Under the pieces are notes generated by a model, which worked only from the letters and a program-made list of their open reading frames with translations, did no database searches and was not told the origin of the DNA. Both the position numbers and the translations under genes were made by a program. Below are positions 50,181-60,020 of a stretch of DNA of 64,000 bases, piece by piece. How positions within the stretch are numbered: position 1 is the first letter of the stretch; each line of letters opens with the position of its first letter. The stretch is from Flavobacteriales bacterium. GTDB lineage: Bacteria > Bacteroidota > Bacteroidia > Flavobacteriales_D > CAJJDF01. The stretch spans positions 5,511 to 69,510 of the forward strand of contig JAHDBM010000001.1 in assembly GCA_020630395.1 (NCBI GenBank), given 5' to 3'.

Positions 50181-50681
50181 TTGAAATCACTTTACCTCAT
50201 ACGTCATGCTAAGTCTAGTTGGAGCGATCCTACCTTACAAGATTATGACAGGCCGTTAAATGAAAGAGGTAAGCGTGATACAAAATCTATGGGGAATAGA
50301 CTTCTTAAAAAAAGTATTCAACCTGATTTAATTATTGCTAGTTCCGCAAAAAGGACTAGACAAACTGCCAAACGAATTACGAAAGTAATAGGTTATGACT
50401 CATCTTCTATTATTACTAAAAAAAAACTATATCATTGCTCGGTAATAGATATGCTTGATGTAACTAATAAAATAGAAGACAAATATCAACATGTTTTTAT
50501 CTTGGGACATAACTATACCATATCAGAATATTGTGATTATTTAAGTGGAGTAGCTCATCCTTTCCCAACTTGCACCATAGCTTGTATTACCTTTGATGTA
50601 GATTCATGGAAAGAAGTATCAGGAGGAACAGGAACGCTTAATTGGATAGACTTTCCTAAAAACACTAACACCATATTATGA
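50181..50681 (+). CDS. sixA: Phosphohistidine phosphatase SixA
   Basis: RHAKS, DRPL..RG, SSA.RT.QT, GHN. Confidence 0.85.
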   Translation: MKSLYLIRHAKSSWSDPTLQDYDRPLNERGKRDTKSMGNRLLKKSIQPDLIIASSAKRTRQTAKRITKVIGYDSSSIITKKKLYHCSVIDMLDVTNKIEDKYQHVFILGHNYTISEYCDYLSGVAHPFPTCTIACITFDVDSWKEVSGGTGTLNWIDFPKNTNTIL

Positions 50682-51148
50682 AGTACATAAGTGGTATATT
50701 ATTCTTTTTTCTGATTATTCATCTTTCTTCTTGTAGTTTATATGAAGATCCAGAATTCAAAAAAATCACGATTCATGGAGTCCCTACTCTATCGAGAAAT
50801 AATATTACCATTAAATCAAACGCTCATTTTTATAATCCAAACCCAATTGGATGCACTTTAAATAGAGTTGTTTTAGAAGTATTTGTTAATGATAAAAAAG
50901 CGGGAGTAATAAATCAAGAATTAAAAAGAGATATTAATGGACATGCTGATTTTACTATTCCAATTAACATTACCTTTAATCCAGCAAAAGTGATTAATTT
51001 AAATTATCTACTTAAGCAAGCTTTATCATCTGTTTTAACCAAAACATTAGAAGTAAGGTATGTTGGTGATTTATGGTTATCTATAGCCGATCATCACATT
51101 GTTTTTCATTTAAATGAAATAGAAAAAGTTCCGTTTAAAAGAAAATAA
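50678..51148 (+). CDS. LEA_2/WHy domain lipoprotein
   Basis: Lipobox LSSC, NPNP motif. Confidence 0.75.
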   Translation: MKYISGILFFFLIIHLSSCSLYEDPEFKKITIHGVPTLSRNNITIKSNAHFYNPNPIGCTLNRVVLEVFVNDKKAGVINQELKRDINGHADFTIPINITFNPAKVINLNYLLKQALSSVLTKTLEVRYVGDLWLSIADHHIVFHLNEIEKVPFKRK

Positions 51149-51428
51149 TAACAACTCTTTATGAGCTGTGGTTAAACCATTTTTATTTGTCATACTACTT
51201 CTTAATTAAATAGAGTCTATACTATTAGATACATGTGCTATTTTATTTTGATTTAGCTATATTTCTAAACTAATACCTAAAAAAGTAAGATTATTAAGGT
51301 TTTATCGTCAAAATATTAGCAAAACGTCTTGTTTTGTTTAATTTTTTTAATACATTGTTTAAACAAATTGTTTTTAGCTTTTTTAAAAGCTAATTTTTAC
51401 TATATTGTCGAACTTAACTTATATAACC

Positions 51429-51821
51429 ATGTTAATGTCAGCTAAAATTAAATATAACCTTGAATTTCCAATTAAGACCTCTATTGGAATTCTATATGAA
51501 ATGATCTCAACACCAAGTGGACTATCCGAATGGTTTTGTGATGATGTAAATGTTAAAGGAAAAAGTTTCATCTTTATTTGGGATGGAAGTGAAGAAGAGG
51601 CAGAAGTTCTACGTCAAAAAAATAACGAATATGTTCGTTACAAATGGGTAGAAGACGAAGATGAGAAATCTTATTTCGAATTAAGAATAAAGATTGATGA
51701 TATTACAAAAGATGTAGCCATTATTGTTACTGATTTTGCAGATGATGAAGAAGAAGTAGAAGAAAATAAAGTTTTATGGGATAGCCAATTAAAAGACTTA
51801 AAACGCGTTTTAGGGTCATAA
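51429..51821 (+). CDS. START-like domain protein
   Basis: STPSGLSEWFCDDV, F.WDG, .TDFA. Start is ATG 51429 or 51435. Confidence 0.8.
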   Translation: MLMSAKIKYNLEFPIKTSIGILYEMISTPSGLSEWFCDDVNVKGKSFIFIWDGSEEEAEVLRQKNNEYVRYKWVEDEDEKSYFELRIKIDDITKDVAIIVTDFADDEEEVEENKVLWDSQLKDLKRVLGS

Positions 51822-51845
51822 CAACCCAAAATTTGCTCGGTAATA

Positions 51846-53291
51846 ATGAAAAAACTCGACTGGTTTATAATTAAATCTTACATTGTTCCTTTCATCATTA
51901 CATTCTTCATTGCCGAGTTTGTACTTGTTGTACAATTTCTTTTTGTTTACTTAGATGATCTAGTTGGTAAAGGGGTAGGTGTAGATGTTATATTAGAACT
52001 TCTTTTCCTTGCCTTTGCCGAAATGGTGCCAATGGCACTACCTCTTGCGATATTGCTATCTTCTATAATGGCAATGGGCAACTTAGGAGAAAAAAGTGAG
52101 CTCACGGCCATGAAATCGGCTGGTGTATCTATTTTAAGAATCATGAGGCCATTAATTATTGTAATGGTTTTTATTGGAGGTGTATCCTTCCTGTTTTCTA
52201 ATTATGTATGGGGGAAAGCCTATATAAAAAAACGAATTCTTGTTACTGATGTTCAAAATAAAAAGTTATCGCTTGTTTTAAAGGACGGAGTTTTTTTTAA
52301 TGAAATAGACAATTACAGCATCAGAGCTGGAAAAGTAAATAAAGAAACTAACGAGTTAACTGATGTGCTCATATATGAGCATAGCCCTACATTTAGATTT
52401 AGAAAAGTAATTCGTGCCGAAAATGGTACCATGGGAAAATCGGCAGATGGTAAATTCATTTTGCTCACTCTTTATAATGGACAAATTACAGAGGTAATGA
52501 ACCCTAGTGACAATTCTTATGAAGAAAAATCAATTCTCCCCCACCAACAAGTAGACTTTTCTGAAACCACCCAAAAAATAGATATATCCTCTTTAGGACT
52601 TAATCGAACCGTAGAAGAAGATTATGCTGCTCAACCTCATGTTTTACCAATGGAAAAACTTGGATACGTTATCGATTCTTTACAAAGAGATTACGATACG
52701 GTCAAGCAGTCTTTAGTTACTTATTACCAAAACAGCCATTTAGTGAGTCGAATTAGCGAACAATTTAATTACGATACAATTGCCTCTGTTCCATTTTATA
52801 TCGATTCTCTACCTCTACAAGAGCAAAAGAATATTGTCTCTAACGCAAAAAACAGAATTACTAACTCACTAAGCTACTTAGAAAACAGAAAAGACGATTT
52901 TAGAAACAGACAAAAATATATTGGTAATGTAGAAATAGAATGGCATAGAAAGCTTACACTTTCTCTGGCTTGTATTATCTTATTCTTTGTTGGAGCTCCA
53001 TTAGGTGCTATCGTAAAAAAAGGTGGGTTTGGAATACCAATAGCCATAGCCATTTTAATGTTTCTCATTTATTATATGATCTCAATCTCTGGTGAACGAT
53101 TAGCAAAGAGTTTAGTACTATCGCCTTTTGCTGGAATGTGGCTAAGCTCTCTTATATTATTGCCCCTTGGGTTTATTTTAACCTACCAAGCGGTAACTGA
53201 AAGTAAAGTTTTAGATTTTGAGGCTTGGGGCAATGGAATTAAACGTTTTTTTAAATTTATTGGTAAACCGTTTAGGAAAAAATTGAATTAA
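51846..53291 (+). CDS. LptF/LptG family permease
   Basis: PMALPLAILLSS, ELTAMKSAG, GAPLGA...KGG. Confidence 0.9.
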   Translation: MKKLDWFIIKSYIVPFIITFFIAEFVLVVQFLFVYLDDLVGKGVGVDVILELLFLAFAEMVPMALPLAILLSSIMAMGNLGEKSELTAMKSAGVSILRIMRPLIIVMVFIGGVSFLFSNYVWGKAYIKKRILVTDVQNKKLSLVLKDGVFFNEIDNYSIRAGKVNKETNELTDVLIYEHSPTFRFRKVIRAENGTMGKSADGKFILLTLYNGQITEVMNPSDNSYEEKSILPHQQVDFSETTQKIDISSLGLNRTVEEDYAAQPHVLPMEKLGYVIDSLQRDYDTVKQSLVTYYQNSHLVSRISEQFNYDTIASVPFYIDSLPLQEQKNIVSNAKNRITNSLSYLENRKDDFRNRQKYIGNVEIEWHRKLTLSLACIILFFVGAPLGAIVKKGGFGIPIAIAILMFLIYYMISISGERLAKSLVLSPFAGMWLSSLILLPLGFILTYQAVTESKVLDFEAWGNGIKRFFKFIGKPFRKKLN

Positions 53292-53812
53292 CTATTCAAA
53301 TATTTAGAACCGTATCCATCAAAACAATTTTTTTGATACTTTAAAAAGTCTTGTTTATTATCTATACTTAACACTGGCATCCACCCTTTAAATTCATATA
53401 TCCATTTAACACCAGAGTTATTTATTATTTCAATAACAGATAAGCTTACTTTTACTCTTTTTCTCTTAATCTTTAGTATTTGAATTGATCCAGAGATTGA
53501 GCTCTTAGGCTTAGTTGGCTTAGTATTAGGGTAACTTCTATTAATAGCTATATTAGAGAGATTAACCTTTACTTTTCTCTTTTTAGATGTTTTAAAATTG
53601 AGGTTACTGCAATTATTACCTTCACACATACAATTATCACTTATTGATAAATGAAAAGACAATTGTCCTTTTTCTTTTATTACTTTACTATAATCAGAGA
53701 ATACTTTTTTTGCGATAGAATCATAGACATTAATTACCCTAACACCTTCTTCTCTTTGAGCTATTGATGTTACAAATAGTAATAGGAACACAATAATAAT
53801 AGTATATCTCAT
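53288..53812 (-). CDS. Hypothetical exported protein
   Basis: Signal peptide, 174-aa ORF co-oriented with the upstream gene, no recognised motif. Confidence 0.55.
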   Translation of the reverse strand: MRYTIIIVFLLLFVTSIAQREEGVRVINVYDSIAKKVFSDYSKVIKEKGQLSFHLSISDNCMCEGNNCSNLNFKTSKKRKVKVNLSNIAINRSYPNTKPTKPKSSISGSIQILKIKRKRVKVSLSVIEIINNSGVKWIYEFKGWMPVLSIDNKQDFLKYQKNCFDGYGSKYLNS

Positions 53813-53821
53813 ATGGTAACT

Positions 53822-56629
53822 TTATAAATCTTCTTCAACTTCAAAACCAACTTTTTCTTTTTCTTTTTTATCTCCAGCTAGTTTTTGAAGCCAGTTTTTC
53901 TTCTTTTTCTTTTCTTCTTTTACGGTTTGGGTATTTGTAGACGTATTACTGTTGCTACTTTGATTATTTGAATTAGAAGATGTTTCCCCTTCATCTTCCT
54001 CCCACTCTACTTGGAATTGTGGTGTGTTATTATTTTGATTCGTATTAGTAGGATTAGTCTTTACCGCAGTGTCTTTTTTAAAGAACCCAAACTCTTTCTT
54101 TAGTATTGATTTTAAATTGTTGCGTTCTTCTACTTTCTTCTTTTGTGCATAACGTCTTTTTGCTGCTTGATCCAATCTAAACACAGGTTCATCTGTGGTT
54201 CCTTCTACCGATATAAACATTCGTGTTCCGGTTCCATCATCTTTTATATATCCAAACTCAGAAGTTTTATCTTTTGTTAATACATCTCTAAGTCTAAAAT
54301 TAACACCATAATTTATCGCTCCAGCAAATGTTTGTCCGCCATACACTCCAATATCCATAGCTGAAGATTTAATAATCATATCTGGTAAAATGATTCGTTC
54401 ATTTTTAACGATTAGTTGGTTAGTCATTTCATCAAACCTAACATGCTTAAGTTTTTCTGATAACATATCTACTTTTACAATAGACTTCGCTATTTTATTC
54501 CCTCTGATATAAGCTGCCATCTCATCAAACATCTCGAAGTTAATAAGCTCACCTTTCGATATAGTAAAATCTGTTGTAACTAATAACGATTTAGTATTAA
54601 GTGTCATGGCACTTGTTAAATCTCCTTTTATGTTGATAATGGCATCTGCTTCACCTTTTAAATGTTTTGCTTGTAATATTTCTTGTCCAAAATTATCGAA
54701 ACGAGTAAAGAAATCGTTAATATCAATATGTCCACAAACAGCATCTGCCGTTAATCCAAATGATTCATCTGCTCGTTTAATTACTCTGCCACTTAATGCA
54801 TAGATTCCTTTATTCGCTATAAATGAAATATTATTGGACGCTATACTTTTAGATGCAATAACTAAATTTCCTTTAAACTGTTTTAACTCATGTTTACCAT
54901 ATTGTATCGTTCCAACACTAGCCGATAGGTTCGTCACTACTTTTTTGGGTAATTGAACAACAGTATCTATTATTTCTTCAGAATTTGTAGAAACATCTTC
55001 AGTAACAAGTTGTGTTAATTCATCAATATTAACTTGATTAGATTGCAAATACATGTTAACTAATAATTGCTTATCACTTATCATATACTCCATCATGTTT
55101 TTAACCTGTGTACTGATAGAAAAATCGGATGAGCCATAGTCTCCTTTAAAAGTCCCTGTAGATGTAAAACGATTAAAATTAAAATCACCTGTTAGATTAG
55201 CTAAACTATATTTCCTCCCTATTAACTTTAACGAAACATTATTAAAATCTGTCTTGCCAGAAAATTCATTTACTGATAGTCCATTTTGGTTAGATGTTCC
55301 TCTAAAGGTATTATCTAATACTATCTTACCCGAGAGGTTTTCTATTTGTTCAAAATTTAAAAATTCGGCTAAGGTTTTAAGATCTAAATCTGCCGAGAAA
55401 GAAGATAAAATTGTCATGTTAGATTTGCCGATAACCTTAGCATTTCCTGCAAAACTTCCTCCTTGTAAATTACCAGATAAACTACTTAACTCTATTTGTT
55501 GAGTCATTGGAGTTAAATTATACGTTCCTTCTATTGCTAACCCTTCTATTTTAGCTCCTGTATTCCCTTCGGTAAGTGTGCCATTAGCAACAGAAAAAGT
55601 AGCGGTTACATTTGGAGTTGTTTCGCCTTTTTCTTGAACAATATCTGCTTCTGAAGTAACAACACCATCCGTATTATAATTACTTAATTTTTCAGCTATT
55701 TCAATTGGGAACAGGGTAAACACATCAGATATTGTGAGGTTACTTGTAACCGTATGTAATTTATAGGTTTCTCCATCAATATTATAATGTCCTTTAACAT
55801 CTAGTTCCATTTCTTCGATTGATATATCCCCCTCATTAATCGTTAAAATATTCGTCTCATTATCTAAATCAAAAGCTAATATTAACGTAGACGCCTTATC
55901 TCCAAAATACATAATGGTATCTTGCCCTATATATGTAATATGCTGTTGAGATGCTAAAGAAAGCTTGGTTTTCTTATCTGTAAACTTACCACTAAGTGAT
56001 GTAGATTCCATTAATAAAGAACTAGAAAATTTACTCTTTTCATCATCATAATTTAACGCTACATTAGTTAAGTTTAATTCTTGTAAATCAAAACTAAACG
56101 CTTCATTTGTCTTTATGGTATCGGTAGATTCTTCCCAAATAACATAATTAGCTTTTCCGTTTTCGTATGTTTTTAAATTAATATTTGCTTGTTCAATGTC
56201 AATTTCATTTACGGTATAATTTCCGCCTAACACACTAAACAATCCAAATTCTAAAGAGATATTATCGGCAAACAAAAGAGTGTCTTGTTTATTTTCTTCG
56301 AGAATAAGTAGATTACTAAAATTTAAACTTGCCTTTGGAAATTTTTTGAAAAACGAAAAACTAACGTCTTTTTCATTAAGTTGAACCTCAGCTGTTAGTT
56401 GTCTGTTGATTTCTTCAATAGCATATTTTTTAATGTCTTTTTCAAAAACATAAGCTAAAATAACACCTGTAATAAATAACCCAATAAATACAATTCCGCA
56501 AATAATAACAATACGTTTTATTCGCTTAAATAATGACTTTTTAGGTTTCTGTTTCTTCTCTATTTCCTCTTGAGAAATATTATTTTCCTGAGGTGTTTCT
56601 TCTATGTGTTCGTTTTCTTGTGGTTCCAA
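53822..56629 (-). CDS. AsmA-like protein
   Basis: N-terminal TM, SFFKKFP, long amphipathic beta strands, C-terminal GTTDEP. Start uncertain (TTG). Confidence 0.8.
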   Translation of the reverse strand: MEPQENEHIEETPQENNISQEEIEKKQKPKKSLFKRIKRIVIICGIVFIGLFITGVILAYVFEKDIKKYAIEEINRQLTAEVQLNEKDVSFSFFKKFPKASLNFSNLLILEENKQDTLLFADNISLEFGLFSVLGGNYTVNEIDIEQANINLKTYENGKANYVIWEESTDTIKTNEAFSFDLQELNLTNVALNYDDEKSKFSSSLLMESTSLSGKFTDKKTKLSLASQQHITYIGQDTIMYFGDKASTLILAFDLDNETNILTINEGDISIEEMELDVKGHYNIDGETYKLHTVTSNLTISDVFTLFPIEIAEKLSNYNTDGVVTSEADIVQEKGETTPNVTATFSVANGTLTEGNTGAKIEGLAIEGTYNLTPMTQQIELSSLSGNLQGGSFAGNAKVIGKSNMTILSSFSADLDLKTLAEFLNFEQIENLSGKIVLDNTFRGTSNQNGLSVNEFSGKTDFNNVSLKLIGRKYSLANLTGDFNFNRFTSTGTFKGDYGSSDFSISTQVKNMMEYMISDKQLLVNMYLQSNQVNIDELTQLVTEDVSTNSEEIIDTVVQLPKKVVTNLSASVGTIQYGKHELKQFKGNLVIASKSIASNNISFIANKGIYALSGRVIKRADESFGLTADAVCGHIDINDFFTRFDNFGQEILQAKHLKGEADAIINIKGDLTSAMTLNTKSLLVTTDFTISKGELINFEMFDEMAAYIRGNKIAKSIVKVDMLSEKLKHVRFDEMTNQLIVKNERIILPDMIIKSSAMDIGVYGGQTFAGAINYGVNFRLRDVLTKDKTSEFGYIKDDGTGTRMFISVEGTTDEPVFRLDQAAKRRYAQKKKVEERNNLKSILKKEFGFFKKDTAVKTNPTNTNQNNNTPQFQVEWEEDEGETSSNSNNQSSNSNTSTNTQTVKEEKKKKKNWLQKLAGDKKEKEKVGFEVEEDL

Positions 56630-56729
56630 GTTGGTTAGGTTTACTATTTCCTACGTAAAATTAACCGTTTCATTGTATGAAATAGTCAGTAAGCTAAAAT
56701 CTTTTGAAGGAACTGATGTTAGTTAATTA

Positions 56730-56757
56730 GCAACCATTATAAAATTACTTCCGTCTA
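56730..56757 (+). promoter_or_regulatory. ECF-sigma-type promoter
   Basis: GCAACC-N16-CGTCTA, 26 nt upstream of the ATG. Confidence 0.6.
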
Positions 56758-56783
56758 ATAGATTAGAAACCAAAAAAAAGACT

Positions 56784-57593
56784 ATGAAAATTAAACACTT
56801 ATTATTAGCTGTATTTGCAGGAGGACTTATTTATTCATGTAAAAAAGATGAAACTATTGATAAAAAAAAGAAAAATGATCCAGTAGAAGTTATTCCTGAT
56901 ACTTTTGTAAAAAGAGTATTAATCGAAAAGTTTACTGGTGAATGGTGCGGAGCTTGTCCTGGAGGAGCAACTCGATTAGAAAACGTTATTAATGATAACC
57001 CTGATAAAGTTATTGGTGTTGGAGTTCATAGAAGTGATCCTTTTCAAACGAATCAAACACTATACCTTAGAACATCATCAATGTATGCGGTATCTAGTTA
57101 TCCTTCTGGTGTTGTTGATAGAATTAAAGAAAGTAGTTACTCTACCTCAGCTATGGCTAGCAAAGTTTCTAATATGTTAACCGAAACTCCAAAATGTGGG
57201 ATAAAAATAAACACATCTGAAAGTGGTGGTTTACTTGATGTTTCGGTTTCGGTTGTAGCTAATGAAGATTTGCCAAATGCACATTTAACTGTTTATTTAG
57301 TTGAAAATAATGTAGCTGAATCTTCTCCTGGAGCTCAATCAGGGGCATCAACTGGTTATATTCACCAACATGTTTTAAGAGCTACGTTATCTAATCAACA
57401 AGGAGATGATTTAGGCATTACCGAAACTAGAAAAAAGTACACTCTTGAGTATTCAGGAATTGATATTTCGAGTTATAAAAAAACTGATTTAAAAGTTGTT
57501 GCTTTTGTTAACGAGAATTCCTCTTCTTCAGCAAATTTTAAATCTTATAACGCTAAAGAAATAAAAGTTGGAGAAAGCACTGATTGGGACTAG
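56784..57593 (+). CDS. Omp28-related outer membrane lipoprotein
   Basis: Lipobox YSC, VLIEKFTGEWCGACP, YIHQHVLR, VVAFV. Confidence 0.88.
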   Translation: MKIKHLLLAVFAGGLIYSCKKDETIDKKKKNDPVEVIPDTFVKRVLIEKFTGEWCGACPGGATRLENVINDNPDKVIGVGVHRSDPFQTNQTLYLRTSSMYAVSSYPSGVVDRIKESSYSTSAMASKVSNMLTETPKCGIKINTSESGGLLDVSVSVVANEDLPNAHLTVYLVENNVAESSPGAQSGASTGYIHQHVLRATLSNQQGDDLGITETRKKYTLEYSGIDISSYKKTDLKVVAFVNENSSSSANFKSYNAKEIKVGESTDWD

Positions 57594-57626
57594 TTCACTA
57601 TATTGTATTAAACAACTTATTATCTT

Positions 57627-57654
57627 AAAAGAGCCTTCATATAGGCTCTTTTTT
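57627..57654. terminator. Intrinsic terminator
   Basis: AAAAGAGCCT-TCATAT-AGGCTCTTTT. Confidence 0.8.
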
Positions 57655-57729
57655 ATTTTTAATAATGTTAGTCGTTTGCTTACTCAATCGTAAACTTTAA
57701 TCCATAATTCTAACTAATATCCGACTTAC

Positions 57730-57769
57730 AGATTACTTCACACTCATTACCATTAATGTTCGTAATGAC
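57730..57769. repeat. Degenerate REP-like palindrome
   Basis: AGATTACTTCAC...GTTCGTAATGAC with a TCATTAC/GTAATGA stem. Confidence 0.4.
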
Positions 57770-57773
57770 GGTT

Positions 57774-58076
57774 TTATTGTTTATTACCACAAGCTGCACA
57801 GTAAGATGCTTTTGGTATTCTATATGGCTTTCCACAATTTTTACATATCGATCCATAATCAGAAATCCTATGATGCATTATTGCATTAGGTTCTGTTTCT
57901 TTAAAACCTGATATCTTTTCATAATACTTAAGGAGTGGTTCAAATGCTAACTCTCTTGTCATACCTGTTTTTCTTCTTCCAAAAGATTCACCATATAATT
58001 TATATGCTATTTTAAACTCTTCTTCGTCTAACATTGGAACCTCCACTTTACATCTCCAACACCATAATTTTTTCAT
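57774..58076 (-). CDS. Small Cys-rich zinc-ribbon-like protein
   Basis: CWRC, HH, CKNC and CAAC in 100 aa, 9 nt after ispG. Confidence 0.7.
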   Translation of the reverse strand: MKKLWCWRCKVEVPMLDEEEFKIAYKLYGESFGRRKTGMTRELAFEPLLKYYEKISGFKETEPNAIMHHRISDYGSICKNCGKPYRIPKASYCAACGNKQ

Positions 58077-58085
58077 GCCAATACT

Positions 58086-60017
58086 TTATTTGCTATCCAC
58101 CCAATCACCATGTTCTTTAATTAATTCTATTAACTCTTGGAGAGCATATTCTTCTGGGATGTTCTTTTTGACTACTTCTTTTTCTTTGTAGAGGGTTATT
58201 TTTCCTTTTCCCGTTCCAACATAGCCATAATCAGCATCTGCCATTTCTCCTGGGCCATTTACTATGCAACCCATTATGCCAATTTTCAATCCTTTAAGAT
58301 GGTTTGTTTTAGATCTAATCTTAGCGGTTGTTTCTTGTAAATCGAATAAGGTTCTCCCGCAAGATGGACATGAAATATATTCGGTTTTAGAAATACGAGT
58401 TCGAGTTGCTTGAAGAATTCCAAAAGCCGTATCATTTATAAATTGATCACTTCCACAATTTTCAGCAGCAATAAACACTCCATCACCTAATCCATCAACT
58501 AATAATCCTCCCATATCAGTAGCTGCATATAACTGCAATTGTTCTTCTGTTAAATCACCATAAGCTCTACCAATAACAGCTGGTGTTTTTACTTTATGTT
58601 CCAACAAATAATTAAACATATACCTCTGCTCCGCTAAACCATGTATATTATAAGTGTCTAGCATAAGGACTACATGCGAATCTTTCTTTAATTGATTTAC
58701 TAATGCTATTGAAAGGTCATTAATGGTTACATACACTATGTTTAACTCCTTATGCAGCTCAACACCCTCCAAGTATTGTTTAGCGTTTAAAAACGGGTAT
58801 ACTCTTTGTTTATGTTTGTGTATTAACCAAGTATCGTATTCATATATAATGCCTAGTGTTCCTGGTATTTCAAATGGCACTTCTGTTTTATAGGCAAAAA
58901 CGTAATCACATGCTTTATCGGTTATATTCCATTTATCTAACGGAACTGAATAATGATATCCTAAAGCAAATAAAGATGCTGGTTTTATTTCCTTTTTTAA
59001 AGCAAAATCAGTTATAACAACTGGCACATTTCCTCCTCCAATGTTTAATACTGGTTTGGTGTCTCTCCTCTTATATTCGAACGGGTTAATGTGATAATTT
59101 TTTATCTCAGAAATAGCATCATGACCTACCCTATCTTTGTAACGGCCTACCAAAGTCTGTGCTACAGGAATTTCAGCTTCGGCACTTTCGGTTAACGAAA
59201 CACGAATGGTGTCACCTAAACCATCTTCTAATAATGCTCCTATCCCTACTGCTGATTTTATTCTACCATCTTCACCATCTCCAGCTTCTGTTACTCCTAA
59301 ATGCAAGGGGTAATTCATCCCTTCTTTTATCATGGTAGCATTAAGTAAACGATAAGCTTGAACCATAACTAACGTATTACTAGCTTTCATAGAAAGTACG
59401 ATATCATGATAATCATTTTCTCGACAAACACGAATAAACTCCATTGCAGATTCGACCATTCCATGTGGTGTATCTCCATATCGACTTAAAATTCTATCGG
59501 ACAAAGAACCATGATTTGTCCCAATTCGCATAGCAACTCCATTTGCTTTACATTTTAACACTAAAGGAGTAAATTTACGTGAGATTCGTTCTAATTCTTC
59601 TTGGTAAGATTCATCAGTATATTCGTAATCTTTAAACTGTTTTTTATCAGCATAATTACCTGGATTAACCCGAACTTTTTCTACAATATGAGCTGCAACC
59701 TCAGCTGCGTTTGGTGTAAAATGAATGTCTGCAACCAAGGGAACCGAATATCCTTTTTCTTTTAATTGAGCTTTTATTACTGCTAGATTTTCGGCATCTT
59801 TTTTACTTGGAGCTGTTAGTCTTACTATTTCACATCCAGCCTTAATTAAGCTAATCGTTTCAGCTACCGATTTATCCGTATCCATTGTATCGGCAGTCGT
59901 CATGGATTGAACCCTTATTGGATTATCTCCTCCAATTCCTACTGTACCAACTTTAACCTCTCGTGTTTTAAAGCGAGTGTAAGCTGTTAACTTATTGTTG
60001 TATTTATATTTAGTCAT
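58086..60017 (-). CDS. ispG: HMBPP synthase, long three-domain form
   Basis: VQSMT, VADIHF, RVNPGN, HLGVTEAG, SCPSCGR, MGCIVNGPGE. Confidence 0.97.
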   Translation of the reverse strand: MTKYKYNNKLTAYTRFKTREVKVGTVGIGGDNPIRVQSMTTADTMDTDKSVAETISLIKAGCEIVRLTAPSKKDAENLAVIKAQLKEKGYSVPLVADIHFTPNAAEVAAHIVEKVRVNPGNYADKKQFKDYEYTDESYQEELERISRKFTPLVLKCKANGVAMRIGTNHGSLSDRILSRYGDTPHGMVESAMEFIRVCRENDYHDIVLSMKASNTLVMVQAYRLLNATMIKEGMNYPLHLGVTEAGDGEDGRIKSAVGIGALLEDGLGDTIRVSLTESAEAEIPVAQTLVGRYKDRVGHDAISEIKNYHINPFEYKRRDTKPVLNIGGGNVPVVITDFALKKEIKPASLFALGYHYSVPLDKWNITDKACDYVFAYKTEVPFEIPGTLGIIYEYDTWLIHKHKQRVYPFLNAKQYLEGVELHKELNIVYVTINDLSIALVNQLKKDSHVVLMLDTYNIHGLAEQRYMFNYLLEHKVKTPAVIGRAYGDLTEEQLQLYAATDMGGLLVDGLGDGVFIAAENCGSDQFINDTAFGILQATRTRISKTEYISCPSCGRTLFDLQETTAKIRSKTNHLKGLKIGIMGCIVNGPGEMADADYGYVGTGKGKITLYKEKEVVKKNIPEEYALQELIELIKEHGDWVDSK

Positions 60018-60020
60018 TGA

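Noticed and set aside
51149-51428. ncRNA in the 280-bp AT-rich gap
   Set aside because: No convincing stems or GC enrichment; consistent with promoter or spacer DNA.
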